A stretch of 62,591 nt of DNA, the filler included, from Sphacelaria rigidula (Eukaryota): assembly GCA_964200075.2 (NCBI GenBank). It is 6 parts of 6 records of this genome, joined end to end, with 100 filler letters (N's around TTAATTAATTAA, not from the genome) between each part and the next. Parts side by side here need not be neighbours in the genome. Positions count along the whole stretch, not along the records: positions 41,800 to 52,145 come from CAXNAA020006681.1; positions 52,246 to 62,591 come from CAXNAA020006682.1; 4 more parts are not named here. One strand, given 5' to 3'. The notes under the pieces are model-generated. The model did not search any database and had not been told where the DNA came from. It saw only the letters and a program-made list of their open reading frames with translations. Shown piece by piece: positions 47,298 to 60,300 of this stretch. Each line of letters starts with the position of its first letter. Positions within the stretch are counted from its first letter, which is position 1. The position numbers and the translations under genes are program-made.

Positions 47298-49794
47298 AAT
47301 CCGACCACACCACACCACACCACAGTGATAGCTACAACACATGAGAGAAAGGATGAGTATGTTTGTGCTGCAGCACGGTGAAGTAGCAAATGTATCATGT
47401 CATAGTGCTTGCCTTCATTTCAGATGGATCCTCATTTCTTGCCGAGCCCCAACTTTTGAACTCTCGGCCATGCTTGCGCTTCTCGCAAAAACCTTGCAAT
47501 TCACCTTGAGTTACCCTCATCTGTAGGAGGTGCGTAAATAAAAGTCTCCTGCTGTATCACACGCTTGCTCCCTTCCCGTGCTCTGAACTTTCGTGCAAGC
47601 CGTCTTCACGTTGCGTTTGTTTCATGTTGTTCGAGCTACTCGATGTCTGTGTCAAGCTGTGCTCAACACTTGTTCTTTGTGCATAATATATGCTGCTGTG
47701 CTGACTCCACGAGAACACCGCTGTCACACCAACCGTTCTCGGCGTGTGGCTTGGTGTGCGCCCTACGCGCGATGATGGAGCTGGTGTAGTATGTGCCGGG
47801 GGAATGGAAAACCCTTCGGGCCTTTCAGCCAATAGCATGTATATCTAAAAGACCAAATCCAGGGAAGACCAGAAAGGTCTTTTGGCTCCGGATTTTGGGG
47901 GCAAATATGCCCCCCAGACCAGAGTGATCCAAACCGTAATGCGGACTTGGGAACGTTGACCAGTAGGAAAGCCCGAGCCCAAGACCCAAATTTGGTTTTC
48001 ATATCACCAAAGTCGGTGGGCTATTTAAAACCTAGTTGTTGAACCGAAATGGGGTTACATTCCGGTCTTGCTCTGGATTTCAAGACGGGACCCGATTTTG
48101 GTCTTCGCAAACACCCTAATGATTGTCCGTTTGGTATGTACAGCAAGTTGCGCAGCAAGGAGCGTTCGTGAATGATTCGTCCGAGTTACCGTTCGCCAGC
48201 TCATTCACGCATAAAATACTTGCGCATACCACACACGCTAACGGCGACGCTAAAACGATCTCGCGAGGAGGACGAGGTTAGCTGAATCGAGAGAACGATA
48301 CGCTTGTGCGGTGAGCATCGGGTGGTCCCGGCTCATGTCTGGTCATACATTTTGTAAAACGTAGCGCAAGTGCGGTCATGAGCGCATTAGTTACCGCCAC
48401 CATATCAAACGGCATAGAGGAGAGGTCTCTACAACATGCCATTCGGCTTGGGTATTAACCCTTAGGCGGCGAGAGTAGATCATGTGTTGAATCGGTAAAG
48501 TTTCACTTGAAAATGCCATGCATGACCCAGATGGACTACCCTCGCGGTCCAAGGGTCAACAGACACATATCTCAAACTCCAGGTCCAATCCCCGACATAT
48601 CAACCTGTGAATTGCTATATGAAATATGCCGGTAATCTCGAGTTCGACATGCCCCCAGCATGTGACCAACTAAGGTCAATCAATGATTCCGACATGAAGT
48701 ACACACAACCTTCGTGAATAGGCGTCGCATAGCATAAAAGTTTGAATTTCGGTGTTCAGACCGACTGTAATGGCAACGAATCTCAGTTATCTGGAGACCC
48801 CGACTTTTAAAAAAATTGGTGGGATTTATATCTACGAACTCAAAATTTGGCGTATCGTCTTATTATTCCACAGATTTTTGGAATAGTAACGAATACGGAC
48901 AGCCATTTTCCGCGTGAGTATGGTAGTGTGTACTCGTGAAGCCGAGAAGCAGGCAGGTGGTGGATACTCCTTCGAGTAAATAGAGTATCGTACCGTGGTA
49001 CCCTAGTGTACTACGCGTACTGCAGGACACTCCATCGTCACACAACATGATGATGCCGTGTGGTAATACATGATGCCACAGTCAGTATTGCGAGAACAGC
49101 GAACCAGCAGCGTGCGCGCAACGTTCAGTAGTGCAGTGGCAGACATCTCCCTGCAAGTACAAACACAACATACTAGGATGGTTATGTACCGTTTGTTATG
49201 ATGAAAGGTACGGCAGCACAGTGCAGCAAAAACAAATATAACCATCGTACGGCGTCAGCACTTATTATCCGCTTGTCCAGCCCCGTGGCGCAGACAGACA
49301 CGCCCTGCGCTGTCACGAGATGGCCTTCCGCTGCAGTTGTGAAAGTATAAAAAAGTCATACCCTACCATTGTACATCAATGTACACACGTCACCTCAAAA
49401 TCGGGGGGACCTCGGCTTTCCACCTAAAATTCGTTCTGAATTCGCGACACCCCGATTTGGCCCAGATCGGGATCGATAATATTTTGATCACGACTGCGAT
49501 CCCAGCATTTTCCCGAGAGCAATGCTATGGTAGGGGTCCATTTTCTGCGCGAAATCTAACCCTAACCCCGAACCCAATCAAAGCATACCGAGAACCATCG
49601 AGCAAGGGGGGGTGCAAAGTGTTCCCCAGGCAAAGTGTGCGGTGCCGGACCTTAAATCCGCGCCCCACCAGGGGCCGGTTAATCCTTCGACCGCGATGCG
49701 GGTAGTCCATCTGGATCACATGTATTTTTTTCGAGTGAAATTGATGCCGATTAAGCAGGTAACCTGCCCTTGCGGTCAAATAAACAAAACAACG

Positions 49795-52050
49795 CCTTCT
49801 GCGCGGCCGGCGTATATCTGCCTGTGCAGGTAGATTCACAGAACCTGCCTGTACCATAGAACCAGTTCCACAACATGTTTGAGCAGACCCGCCAGTCTAA
49901 GAACGAGCACATTTTTTAATTCGACCGCCACCCTCAATCGCCTGCGACCCTCAATAGAGACGAAGCATCATAATGCGAACATGCCACCACATGTAGATGC
50001 ACAGTAAGTACTATAAGCAACAAACACACAGAGAGAGAGAGAGAGAGAGAAACAAGAGACGAACCTCACCAGCAGCCCTTCAACTCATCGTACACGCTTG
50101 GCCCTGCTTTTGTATGTACAGATGGGTTGTTCTTTGTATATACCCCTCAGACAGTCGGTACTAGAACGCATGCGATGGGAGCTGTAATGTATGGTATCGC
50201 GATGACCCCAGCGTGTATTGTTCACAAAGCCCTGTTGCAGGTTCAGGGTCATGCCCGGTTAAGGGCAACGTTTCGCATAAGGGCAAGCGGTCCGGGGTAT
50301 GGGCAAGCGCCTCTGACTAAGGGCAAGCGGTCCGGACTATGGGCAAGCGCCCCTGGCTATGGGCAAGCGCCCCTGACTATGGGGAAGTGCCCCTGCTTAA
50401 GGGCAAGCGCCCCTGGATAAGGGGAAGCGCCCCTGCTTAAGGGCAAGCGCCCCTGGGTACGGGCAAGCGCTCCTGGGTACGGGGAAGTGCACCTGGATAC
50501 GGGCAATCACCCCTGATTATGGGCAACTGCCCCTGGCAATGGAGAAGCGATACACGCGTTGTCAAAATATCCCCAAATCAGTACAAGATCAATTAGTGTC
50601 AACCGTGTACTGAGGACCCACGGTACAGGTGTCACTGGCTTGTGGGCACACGATACAGGTGTCACTGGCTTACGGGCACACGGTACAGATGTCACTGGCT
50701 TGTGGAGACACGACACAGGTGTCACTAGTTTATGGGGACACGATACAGGTGTCACTGGCTTGTGGGCACACGCATCGCGTGCCCACGAGCCAATGATACC
50801 TGTATCGTGGGTCCTTAGCACGCGGTTGACAGTTTTTCGACCTTCGGCTGATTTACGAATATGTTGACAAGACGTGTATCACTTCTCCATCGCAAAGGGC
50901 AGGTGCCCATAATCAGGATCGCTTCCCCGTACCCAGGTGCACTTCCCCGTAGTCAGGGGCGCTTCCCCGTACCCAGGTGAACTTCCCCGTAGTCAGGGGT
51001 GCTTGCACGTACCCAGGTGCGCTTCCCCTTACCCAGGTGCGCTTCCCCTTACCCAGATGCGCTTCCCCCTACCCGGGAGCGCTTCCCCCTACCCAGGAAC
51101 GCTTCCCCCTCCCCAGGTGCGCTTCCCCCTACCCAGGGACGCTTCCCAAAACTCCGAACCGCTTGCCCTTAAGCGAAACGTTGCCCTTAACCGGGCGTGG
51201 CCCTTAACCTGCAACAAGCCCTAAACAAACCAAACTTTACTGTCTGCGCAGATGTAGGATAAAAAACCTCGCACTGCTCTTCTTTTTGTATCTGTTACAA
51301 TCGCTGCACCCGCGGTCATGTTTTCGACAACCGTGCCAGCCCTCCACACACACCAACTGTGTTGAGGCATGTAACGTCTGACGAGGATGTAGGTACCGGA
51401 AACGAACAATTTGTACAAACATGAGTAGATGGTTTAGCACACTCCATCCGTCGGAACTGGAGGGCATGGCCCCCATAACTGAAGTCTCCTGCCATGATAC
51501 TTCGACCATGTACGCGGGTGCAGGGCTTACATTAGATACGAAAATAAGAGCAGTGCGAGTTATTTTATCCTACATATGCGCAGACGGTAAAATTTGTTTG
51601 GTGTAGGGCTTTATGAACAATACACGCTGGAGTCATCGCAATACATTACAGTATCCACCGTATGCGTTTTGGTGTGTATTGCGAACAATGTTTGCGGTAG
51701 CATAATAGTGCTGCACTGACGGTCTGAGGAGTATTTACCAAAAACAACCTATCTGTACACACAAAAGCAGGTGGATTGCCTGCCTGCCAAGCGTGTACGA
51801 TGAGTTCAAAGGCTTCTGGTGTCTCTCTTTCTCTCTCTATGTTTGTGGCTTGTAGTACAGTGTGTGTACATGTGGTGGTTTGTTTGTATGATGCTTCGTC
51901 TCTATTGAAGGTGGCGGGCGAATTAAAAAATGAGTTCGTTCTTAGACTGGGGGGTCTGCTCAAACGTGTTGTGGAACTGGTTCTACGGTACAAGCAGGTT
52001 CTGCGAATCCACCTGTACAGGCAGATATACGCCGACCGCCTTCTGCGCAC
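49795..52050. mobile_element. Large foldback host element interrupted by the 50233-51216 insertion
   Basis: 49795-50232 plus 51217-51300 mirror 51530-52050 (ggcgtatatctgcctgt..gaacctgc / gcaggttc..acaggcagatatacgcc). Confidence 0.85.
50233..51216. mobile_element. Foldback element with 20-bp minisatellite arms and 30-bp central repeats, 5-bp TSD
   Basis: TGTTGCAGG..CCTGCAACA flanked by AGCCC on both sides. Central (cacgatacaggtgtcactggcttgtgggca)x5 at about 50618-50770. Confidence 0.9.
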
Positions 52051-52103
52051 GCTAGGAGCACGCTTGGAACACAGTCACAGCCCCATTAAAGAGTCGGATT
52101 TCG

Positions 52104-52104
<1 letters not shown>

Positions 52105-52145
<41 letters not shown>
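52105..52145. repeat. (TG)n microsatellite at contig end
   Basis: Direct reading. Confidence 0.95.
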
Positions 52146-53169
52146 NNNNNNNNNNNNNNNNNNNNNNNNNNNNNNNNNNNNNNNNNNNNTTAATTAATTA
52201 ANNNNNNNNNNNNNNNNNNNNNNNNNNNNNNNNNNNNNNNNNNNNACCACGCATCCCTTTCGAGACGGAGCTCGGCGGCGGGGGGGGGGGTGGAAGGGCG
52301 CACTACTCATAATCTGCACGCGGTAGTGATCATCAGACCATTGATTGGGGGACGGGGAAGGCGGTGGGTTAGCAAAAGAGTTAGTAACAGGAACGCGTTC
52401 TTCTTGATACGTGATTGTTTTCAATTTCCAACAATTTAAACGCCAGAGAGGAAAAAAATAAATCTTCATACAACCCAGGAACCCACCACAACAACTAATG
52501 GTTGATTGATTAGTTCATGAATGAAACGGTAACCTTAGACTTTTGTCTTTTCAATTTATCCTCGATATGGGGGTTAACGAGTTAATCAAACTAAATATAA
52601 AAAACGGCAAGCGGAAAGGTATGGCGGGACACTTCAGACATGGGATGGGACGCGGTTCAAAACTTTCTTTAAAAAAATGCACCCAAAATGTTCACAAAAA
52701 GAGTTTACTCGTAATAAATACAACTACAAGTAGAAATGTTCTTTTCACGTTCCTTCTACAACATAAAGATAAACTCTAGTGCGTACGGGCGTGCAGGATT
52801 TTTTGTTTATACATATGTACCGATTTTCTACGCTGGACCTCTCAGGAGGGGGAGGGTACCAGACGATCACCCCCCCCACCTCCCAAACGCCACACAAACT
52901 CCTACAAAACCGATTACATCCTAAGTCCTATAGGGGGGGTGTACTCATTTGTTGCTTGCCCTAGTCGTTTGACCATTGACCATGCATCCCTTTCGAGACA
53001 GAGCACCGTTCCTACTCCTAATACAGACACCGACAACACCCCAGCACTCATTATGTTTCTTTCATGCATCACACTCAATATGTTTCTTTCATGCATCACG
53101 TATCTTATCCCCGTCCTGTTCCGTCGTCTGTGGCCACCATTTATCTCTTAGAATGGCCATCGTTTTCTC

Positions 53170-53520
53170 CCTACTGTCCGATGGTAGGTTCAAGAAAAAT
53201 GGGGGTCAGCTTCTTTCTTTCATGTCTATGTCCGGGCTGTGTTTTAGTAGGTTCAAGAAAAATGGGGGTTGGCTTCTTTCTTTCATGTTCATGTCCGGGC
53301 TGTGGTATGGTAGGTTAAAGAAAAAGGAGGGTGAGCTTCTTGATTTCATATCTATGCCCGCGCTGTATAATGGTAAGTTCAAGAACAAGGAGGGTTAGCT
53401 TCTCTATTCCATGTCTATGTCCGGGCTGTGTTCTGGTCGGTTGAAGAAAAGGGAGGGTAAACTTAATATCATGTCTAATGTCCGGGCTGTGTTATGGTAG
53501 GTTGAAGAAAAGGAGCTGGT
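53170..53520. repeat. 63-bp minisatellite, about 5.5 copies
   Basis: tccgggctgtg recurs at 53231, 53294, ~53357, 53420 and 53481. Confidence 0.85.
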
Positions 53521-54088
53521 TTGGGGGGGGGGTCTATCGTAGACAAGGTTAAAAATAACAAAAGACTTGCAGACGGTGCGGCAGCGTTCACCCCATTGCC
53601 AGCGCCCTGTACGGCAAAACTTGCTTCGACATGGTTGCGCTGTGCGCCAAAGCGATGACTGAGCAAGGGAGAGGCTTAGACCGTTGTATATTCCGTCATT
53701 TTCCAAGTTTTCGTGCCGTTCGCGTTGTGTGGCCGTATTCCACAGCTTCTTTTGCCGCTTGCCAATGGACGTGCAGTATGTCAAATCACTTCACAGGGGT
53801 CTCCAGTCTCCCGGTCGTAGTAGAAACAGGTAAAAAGAAGCGCGCGGGGTCCCGAGTCTCCAGGCCGTAGAAAGAGGTGAAAATATGGGCTGGAGAGATG
53901 TTCTTCGGCCATTTGATTTTGTGCCGTGCGGTGGGTTCGGCGGCGACTGTAGAAGGCTGATAGCAGTCAAGTAAAAAGGTACACTTCGGACATGAAATGA
54001 GACAGCATACGGAATTATGAGTCACAAGATAATCATAGTAGTTTCCGGTCGGTATACCTACGTCACTGTCAGACAAAATATGATACTC

Positions 54089-54438
54089 TGTGCTGTCGTC
54101 CCATCTATTCTGGATGCCGGCCTACACCTCTCGGTATATGTGGGCGCAGCAGCCGGGGTCACACAGGAAGGAGGTCAACACAGGAGCGTTCTTCTTTTTA
54201 GATGTTTTTAGTACCCCACCTTCCTTCTGCGGTGCTTCCCTTATTTTTTATCGCGAGAGGGGTTCAGCAGTCCCTTTTCCTCGCCGACCGTCAACTCGAA
54301 TTTCGTGTACCCACGACATAGTCACTCTCCACTGTTGAGCGTGGTATGAAAAAATCCCAACTTGCTCCGAGATTTGAACCCACGACCCAACTGTCGGAAG
54401 GTTTCGAGGTTACCGACTGAGCCACCGGGGCGACCGGC
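54089..54438 (-). mobile_element. tRNA-derived SINE
   Basis: Reverse complement reads gccggtcgccccggTGGCTCAGTCGGtaacc..GGTTCAAATCtcggag plus the shared body. Confidence 0.85.
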
Positions 54439-54604
54439 TACTCTGCGAGGCCCTTGTTTTCCGTGGTTCTGTTCGACCCTAATTCGCGCTGTTTTTTCGC
54501 GAAATTTACAGTATATGCTTTGCATGGACTGTGGGCGCCGTACCTTTGCGTCGTCGGGATTGATTTTTGAGTGCCTTCGGCCTTGCTCTGTCTTGAATGA
54601 TCAC

Positions 54605-54718
54605 CTGTACCAACGGTTGGGCTGAAAGAGGTGGTGATGTACCCACCATTGTCTTTTGTCCTCTTTTCTTGTGTGTGATATTGTTCGTTTCGCCTCTACT
54701 TGATGCAACCACATCAAC
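54605..54718 (-). CDS. Possible next exon of the kinase gene
   Basis: CAG acceptor and CAG|GTGAT donor, 114 nt, phase 0/0, open frame VDVVASSRGETNNITHKKRGQKTMVGTSPPLSAQPLVQ. No diagnostic kinase motif. Confidence 0.4.
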
Positions 54719-55891
54719 CTGCTGCGCACATTGTTTGAGCATGGTAGGTTCATGTGTGTGTACATGTGTACATGTGCGCGTGTATATACTAGAGCTCGTA
54801 GATGGTATCAGTTATAACTGGCCATTATCATTATAATGGTAGTAATGGTAATGGTTATTTGAAAAGTTTGAATATTGGTTTGAAACCATTATTTACCGTT
54901 ACCGACTTTATAAGCCGTTACGGGCTACGCGTGCTACATACAGCCCTTGAAATCTGGCCCAATTTCAACGTATTGTTTGCTCTAGTGCACGTAAAACGTA
55001 CCTCCGGCACGGCGCCTCCAGGGGGGCCCTCCGGCGGGGACCCCTTTGCCGGGGGGGACTCTTGGCTCGCGGCTACACTGCTCGATGACCAAACCATAAT
55101 GTACGATTTAACTGGTTAATGAGTGCGCTACGCGGAACCATTCAACTGGTTGATGCTTTTAGACAAACCATTTCCGAGCTCTAGTATATACGGGTACATG
55201 TGAGTGATGCCGCGATAGTTCCCCCCAATAAGGGTAAAAGAACTGTCGCGAAGAAGCGGCCATACCACGCATGGAGAATTTGGGTGGTTTCGGAAACTAG
55301 ACATTGGAACCCACTATGAATAATGCAGATGGCTGGTTTCAGAAACCAGATTTGAAAATGATGTCGAAGGATGCAAATCAAGCTGGTTTTAGAAACCAGT
55401 TCTTAAAAACAGTTCTTGACCCTTTTGGAACCCATTGACGATTTTTGTTTTTGTGAATCGGCATCATTTTCAGTCATTTTCGAATCAAAATGATGCCGAT
55501 TCACGAAAAAAGAAATCGCTAAGGGGCTCCCAAAGGGTTAAAATCTCATTTTGATGAATGCAGATATTGCTCGTTTCAGATACCGGTTCTCAACATCCCA
55601 TTTTGATAAATGCAAATACGGCTGGTTCCAGAAACCAAGTCCAGACACCTCACATGTAGATCTTCTTGACTCGATTCCCACTACACTTTCCTAATGGGGG
55701 CTACTCGTACCGCGGCATCGCTCATGTGTACATGTGCACATGCATGTGTGTCTGTGCGTGCGTATGTTGTGTGTGTGTGTGTTTGTGCACATGTGTACAT
55801 GTGAACGTGTGTTCATGTGTGTAAGGGGGTGTGTATGCTGTGTGTGTGTTTGTGCGGTGTACTTGTGTGCGTGTTGTCGTTTGCACGTCAC

Positions 55892-56052
55892 CTGATCCAA
55901 TAACGCGATGACGTTTCGATGCCGAACCGTTCTCAACACCTTCACTTCCTGGAAGGCCGCCTCTGTGGAGTCCCTCTCCTGGCAGAGCATGCGTTTCAAC
56001 GCCAGGGTTTCTCGCGTTCGGGTGTCGCGCGCGAGATACACCGTGCTGAAGC
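55892..56052 (-). CDS. Ser/Thr protein kinase (NAK/STK16-like), exon for subdomains I-IV
   Basis: GCAG acceptor and GTGAC donor. Translates GFSTVYLARDTRTRETLALKRMLCQERDSTEAAFQEVKVLRTVRHRNVIALLDQ, with the Gly loop, ALK lysine, alphaC Glu and HxN. GFSxVY and ALKR are typical of NAK kinases. Confidence 0.88.
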
Positions 56053-57150
56053 CTGCCATGGACGGTTTGGGTTGCGTGCGGCGACAGCGACATCAAAACT
56101 AAACGTGGCGGTACTGCGCAACCACGGACGCATGAAGCCCCTCGCTTAGAAATTTCGAGTAGCCAAGTAAGGTGCGCAAGCTCATTCATCGAATCCATAG
56201 ATGGACAACACGTGGACCCACGCGCAACATAGCGTGGTGGGCTTCGCACACATCATACATGTGTAAAGTACACCACCACTACTGAGTAATGGGTTACCAA
56301 AGACCATGCTGCCAAACATGACGCCTGCCAAGATTCGAACGGCGGATAAATATTCACATGAGCATTACCTTTCCCGCACACGAATCTCTTCACCTCAGGC
56401 TCCCACAAAGAAGGAAGATTGAAGGGAGGAAGGAAGGACCATGATACACCGGAAAAAGCACCCAAGCATTTACGTGCACGCATGGCCGATTGGATGATGA
56501 CGATACTCGCAAGTTATCTGACATACATACATACATACATACATACATACATCATGCGACCACGGCTGGACCCCTGGGGGGTCAGTTAACGTGTGACAAT
56601 CAAATCAAACCGAATCAAATCAAACTAAGAATCATACATACATGCATGCATACATACACGCATATACATACTCGCATACATACGGCACGACGAGCCAGGC
56701 ATTCCCTGTATGCCATATAACGTCGTATTATTTCATCATATATCAAGAGTTATATCATTTGTATTTTTCCTGATAACTCAGAAAGAAAATTCAATACATA
56801 TACACGTCGATATTTATATATAGGCTGCGCAGCGCACTCGGAGTGGTGTGTGTATGGAAATGGTACCATACACCTGATGCCGGCTAGGACAGAAAAAGGT
56901 ACAGGTCCGACAGAGTCGTTTCTTCATCTTTTTTGGAAATAATGTATTGTATCACGTTTGTTTCGTCGTTGAAAGTATGCGAAGAATCGCAAGTCGCGGG
57001 AAGAAGGAAAATTAAAGTTAGCGAGGTGCTGGAACAGGGTGTTGGTTTTCGATCATTTGAGAAACTGTTACAGAACCAAAACCAAAACCAAAACCAAATC
57101 CAGAAAAAGAAAACGAAACAGAAAAAGAAAAAAAAGAGAAGAATTATAAG

Positions 57151-57167
57151 ATAATAATAACAACAAT

Positions 57168-57221
<54 letters not shown>

Positions 57222-57278
57222 AACAACAATAACAATAATAATAATAATAACAATAATAATAATAATAATAACAATAAC

Positions 57279-57340
<62 letters not shown>
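57151..57340. repeat. Compound (AAC)n/(AAT)n microsatellite
   Basis: Direct reading. Confidence 0.97.
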
Positions 57341-57341
<1 letters not shown>

Positions 57342-60300
57342 TAGTGGTAAATCATGGCTGACACGCGTTGCAGCAGTGCCGAACATATCAGCGCCACGGG
57401 TCTTGCACGCGTGGAGGTTAGGACGTAATAGCAAAAAACGAAAATGAGCCTGACATGAACCAAAATTAATCAGTATCAGTAGATACGGACGTTTAACCGC
57501 ACGGCTAACCGTAATCACTATAAATGAAGGGAGGAAGCCTAACCGTTAGGGGCGCTAATAATGGGGGGGGGGGGGGAGGGGGGGATGTTCGACTCCGAAA
57601 AGTATCCGGGCTGTTCGACGACATTCTACCGACCAAAGATCACTTTTATCAGTTTCCTTGGATACACTAGATAATAGAGTACGTCCTCAACATGGAGAAA
57701 TCGTTAGTTATGGCGACGATCTCCCCTTTCAGACGCCGCATAAACCTCCACGCCGCTGACACATCACGGGGTTGGAATTGCTTTTTCAAGTGCTTTTATA
57801 GCTCGCCCTCGAAACCTTCGAGGATGAGTGATTCTCCATCGTTTTTTGCTGAGCGCGGGATGTGCCCTGAGAAGAAGGTGACGGCCCGATACATTCAGAT
57901 CGTAGCGCGGAACGCAAATAAGAGCGCTCCGATCGCACACGTCGCCGAGGAGGACTAGGGTGTTCAACTCGGCCCCTGAAAGTAGTCCCCCGACCAACCC
58001 GCCGTCCTCAACGAAAGCAAATGAAATGTAAGCACAGACGGGGGACCAAGATGGACATTGGTTTCCGCCGAGTTGCCAGGTTCATGGACACGAAAGTTAC
58101 CGGTGACAGTTGCGTTCGGACGAGATAGGCACCATGTTATGGGCTTTAAAGCCGGGCCGTCAGATTCAAGGTGCGTGGCTTATTCAGGCTTTAGATCCTT
58201 ATGAAAGTTTAGCTTGAATTGTTTCTTTCCAGCTTAACTATATATATACATATTCTTTTAAGGCTGTAATGAGCTTAATATGCTTGAAAGGCGTATAGCA
58301 TTGCGATAATTTTTATGCGCCTCCTGCAGCCACTCTAGCAGCTGCCCGCAAGTGCTTCATGTGGCGTGACTCGTCACCAGACAGGCCGACAGGCTTCAGG
58401 CTTCAATACATCAAACCGTGATAGTCGTGTTCCGTCGCTATATCGTTACGGGTCTGATCAGAAAAAACGTTCGAGTGTATACTATGTTATTAAAATGTGG
58501 TTGACTGCACGTTGACCAAGTCCTTTCCACGTCGCATTGTAATTTAAGCAGAGAGAACAGATAGTCTCGCGCTTTCTGTACTGCGCGTTGCCTGCTTTTC
58601 TTTCACATCCTACTGTACGAAACACGCACATACACACACAGACACCCTGCATGCAAACAGTGCAGACAGTAGAGACTGTACTGTTCACGAGGGACCAAGT
58701 ACCGCTATACGAAGTTCACTGGCTTTTTTCGATCGAAAACCTCAAAATGTGCCTGAACTCCAACCCGGAAGTATGAGTGAATTCCGCTCAAACCAATTCC
58801 ACCGCCCCTTTTTTTAGATCGAAAAAAATGCCTCCGGTGAATCAAGAATCATAGTTTGAAAAGCCCCGCCGCTGGTGTACCCAGCCGGACGGGGAACCCA
58901 CGGTAGAGAGAGCGTGGCGCGCCCTGGAACAGACAACATCGAGGTGTCTGTATTATGCTCTTCTGTTTGTTAGTTGTGTTGCATTTCGTAAATACTATTT
59001 TACCCTGCATGTTTCACCACCTTGATACTGCACTGTTGTGCTGTACTATACTGTTGCACTGACCACTGTTCGAGCCGTCAAACCCGCACTGTAACCAGCT
59101 GCACTGTACTGTGTACCGGCCACCGCCATTTTTTCTGGGGCTCAACCCTTCAGTCTGTGTACCATGTCTCATGCATCGGCATGTACCATTTAAGAAGTAT
59201 CCTTAAACCCTACAGTCACGGCGGTGCGAAACAGGCAGTACCGCCAACACCGCCGCGAAATGCACCACCTTGGTACTATACTGTACCGTACTGTACTGTT
59301 GTACTGACCACCGTCCGAGCCAGCCGTGAAGTCTGCATCGCAACCAGCTGCACTGTACTGTGTGTACCAGCTATATATTTTTTTTCTGGGGCCTGTCCCT
59401 TCAGTTTGTATGTCATGCCCTATGCATCTGCATGTACCATACACGAAGTGTCCTTGAGTTCTACAGTCCACACCCTGGACAACGGATTATATTGTCAACA
59501 ACTTTACTGTGTACAGTGTGGAATATATTGTATGTTGCAATAGAGTAGGCGCAATAGTCGATACCGTACGCAGTACACTTTTTGACTGTGTATTCTTTTT
59601 TTTGTCCAGGGTGTGCGACAGTCACAACGGTGTGGAACCACGGACAGAGTCGATGACACCGCCGCGACATGAGAGGATGCTTCCCGGCTCGCCTACAAAT
59701 GGCTGAATACCCCGCATTGTGTGTGCAAAGTGCAGCCTGTACTTGTTACGTAGTTCAGTGGGTTTTTTCCCTTGTGTTTCACAACAACAGTACTCGCAGC
59801 TGGCTGGACTTCGGCTGGAACGGTGGTCAGTACAACAGAACAGTACAGTATAGTGCCGAGATGGTACAGTAGGGTGGCCACAAAGCTGACTTTCTGGGAA
59901 CACGGGTGATTGTTCCGCAGTCGGAGACAGGTCTGGAGATGTCAACGGGCGTGACTGAATCAGATGAATGGACGACGTTATACCTTCATAAACTAACCCG
60001 AGCAAACACGCAGAGATATCCACAGCACACATGCAACAAACAGAGCCGCTTATTACAGTCGCCATGATGATGTCTGTTCCCGCAAGCGCCACGTCCTCCA
60101 CCTTGGGTTCACTGCACAGCTGGATACACAAGGGTCATCGTTTATCTCTTCGAGATTCGTGTCCTTTTTTTGAGGGTGTATCCGGAGCACAACATATACG
60201 GAAAATGGGTATTTGTTGCAGTGGAGTTCACCACTTGGTAGGGTTTGTTGTTGGTCCGACTTGATTTTCGTGTGGATTCCAGAAAAACGGAATGTGAGGT

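Noticed and set aside
3747..56052. Dehydrogenase, nucleotidyltransferase and kinase all on the minus strand as a gene cluster or system
   Set aside because: They lie on different size-sorted contigs, so adjacency and orientation are arbitrary.
56933..57154. KIKVSEVLEQGVGF as the kinase Gly-loop exon
   Set aside because: It is on the opposite strand to the kinase exon and runs into simple repeats.
57068..57518. Poly-Leu and poly-Ile/Val ORFs
   Set aside because: Translations of the AAC/AAT microsatellite.
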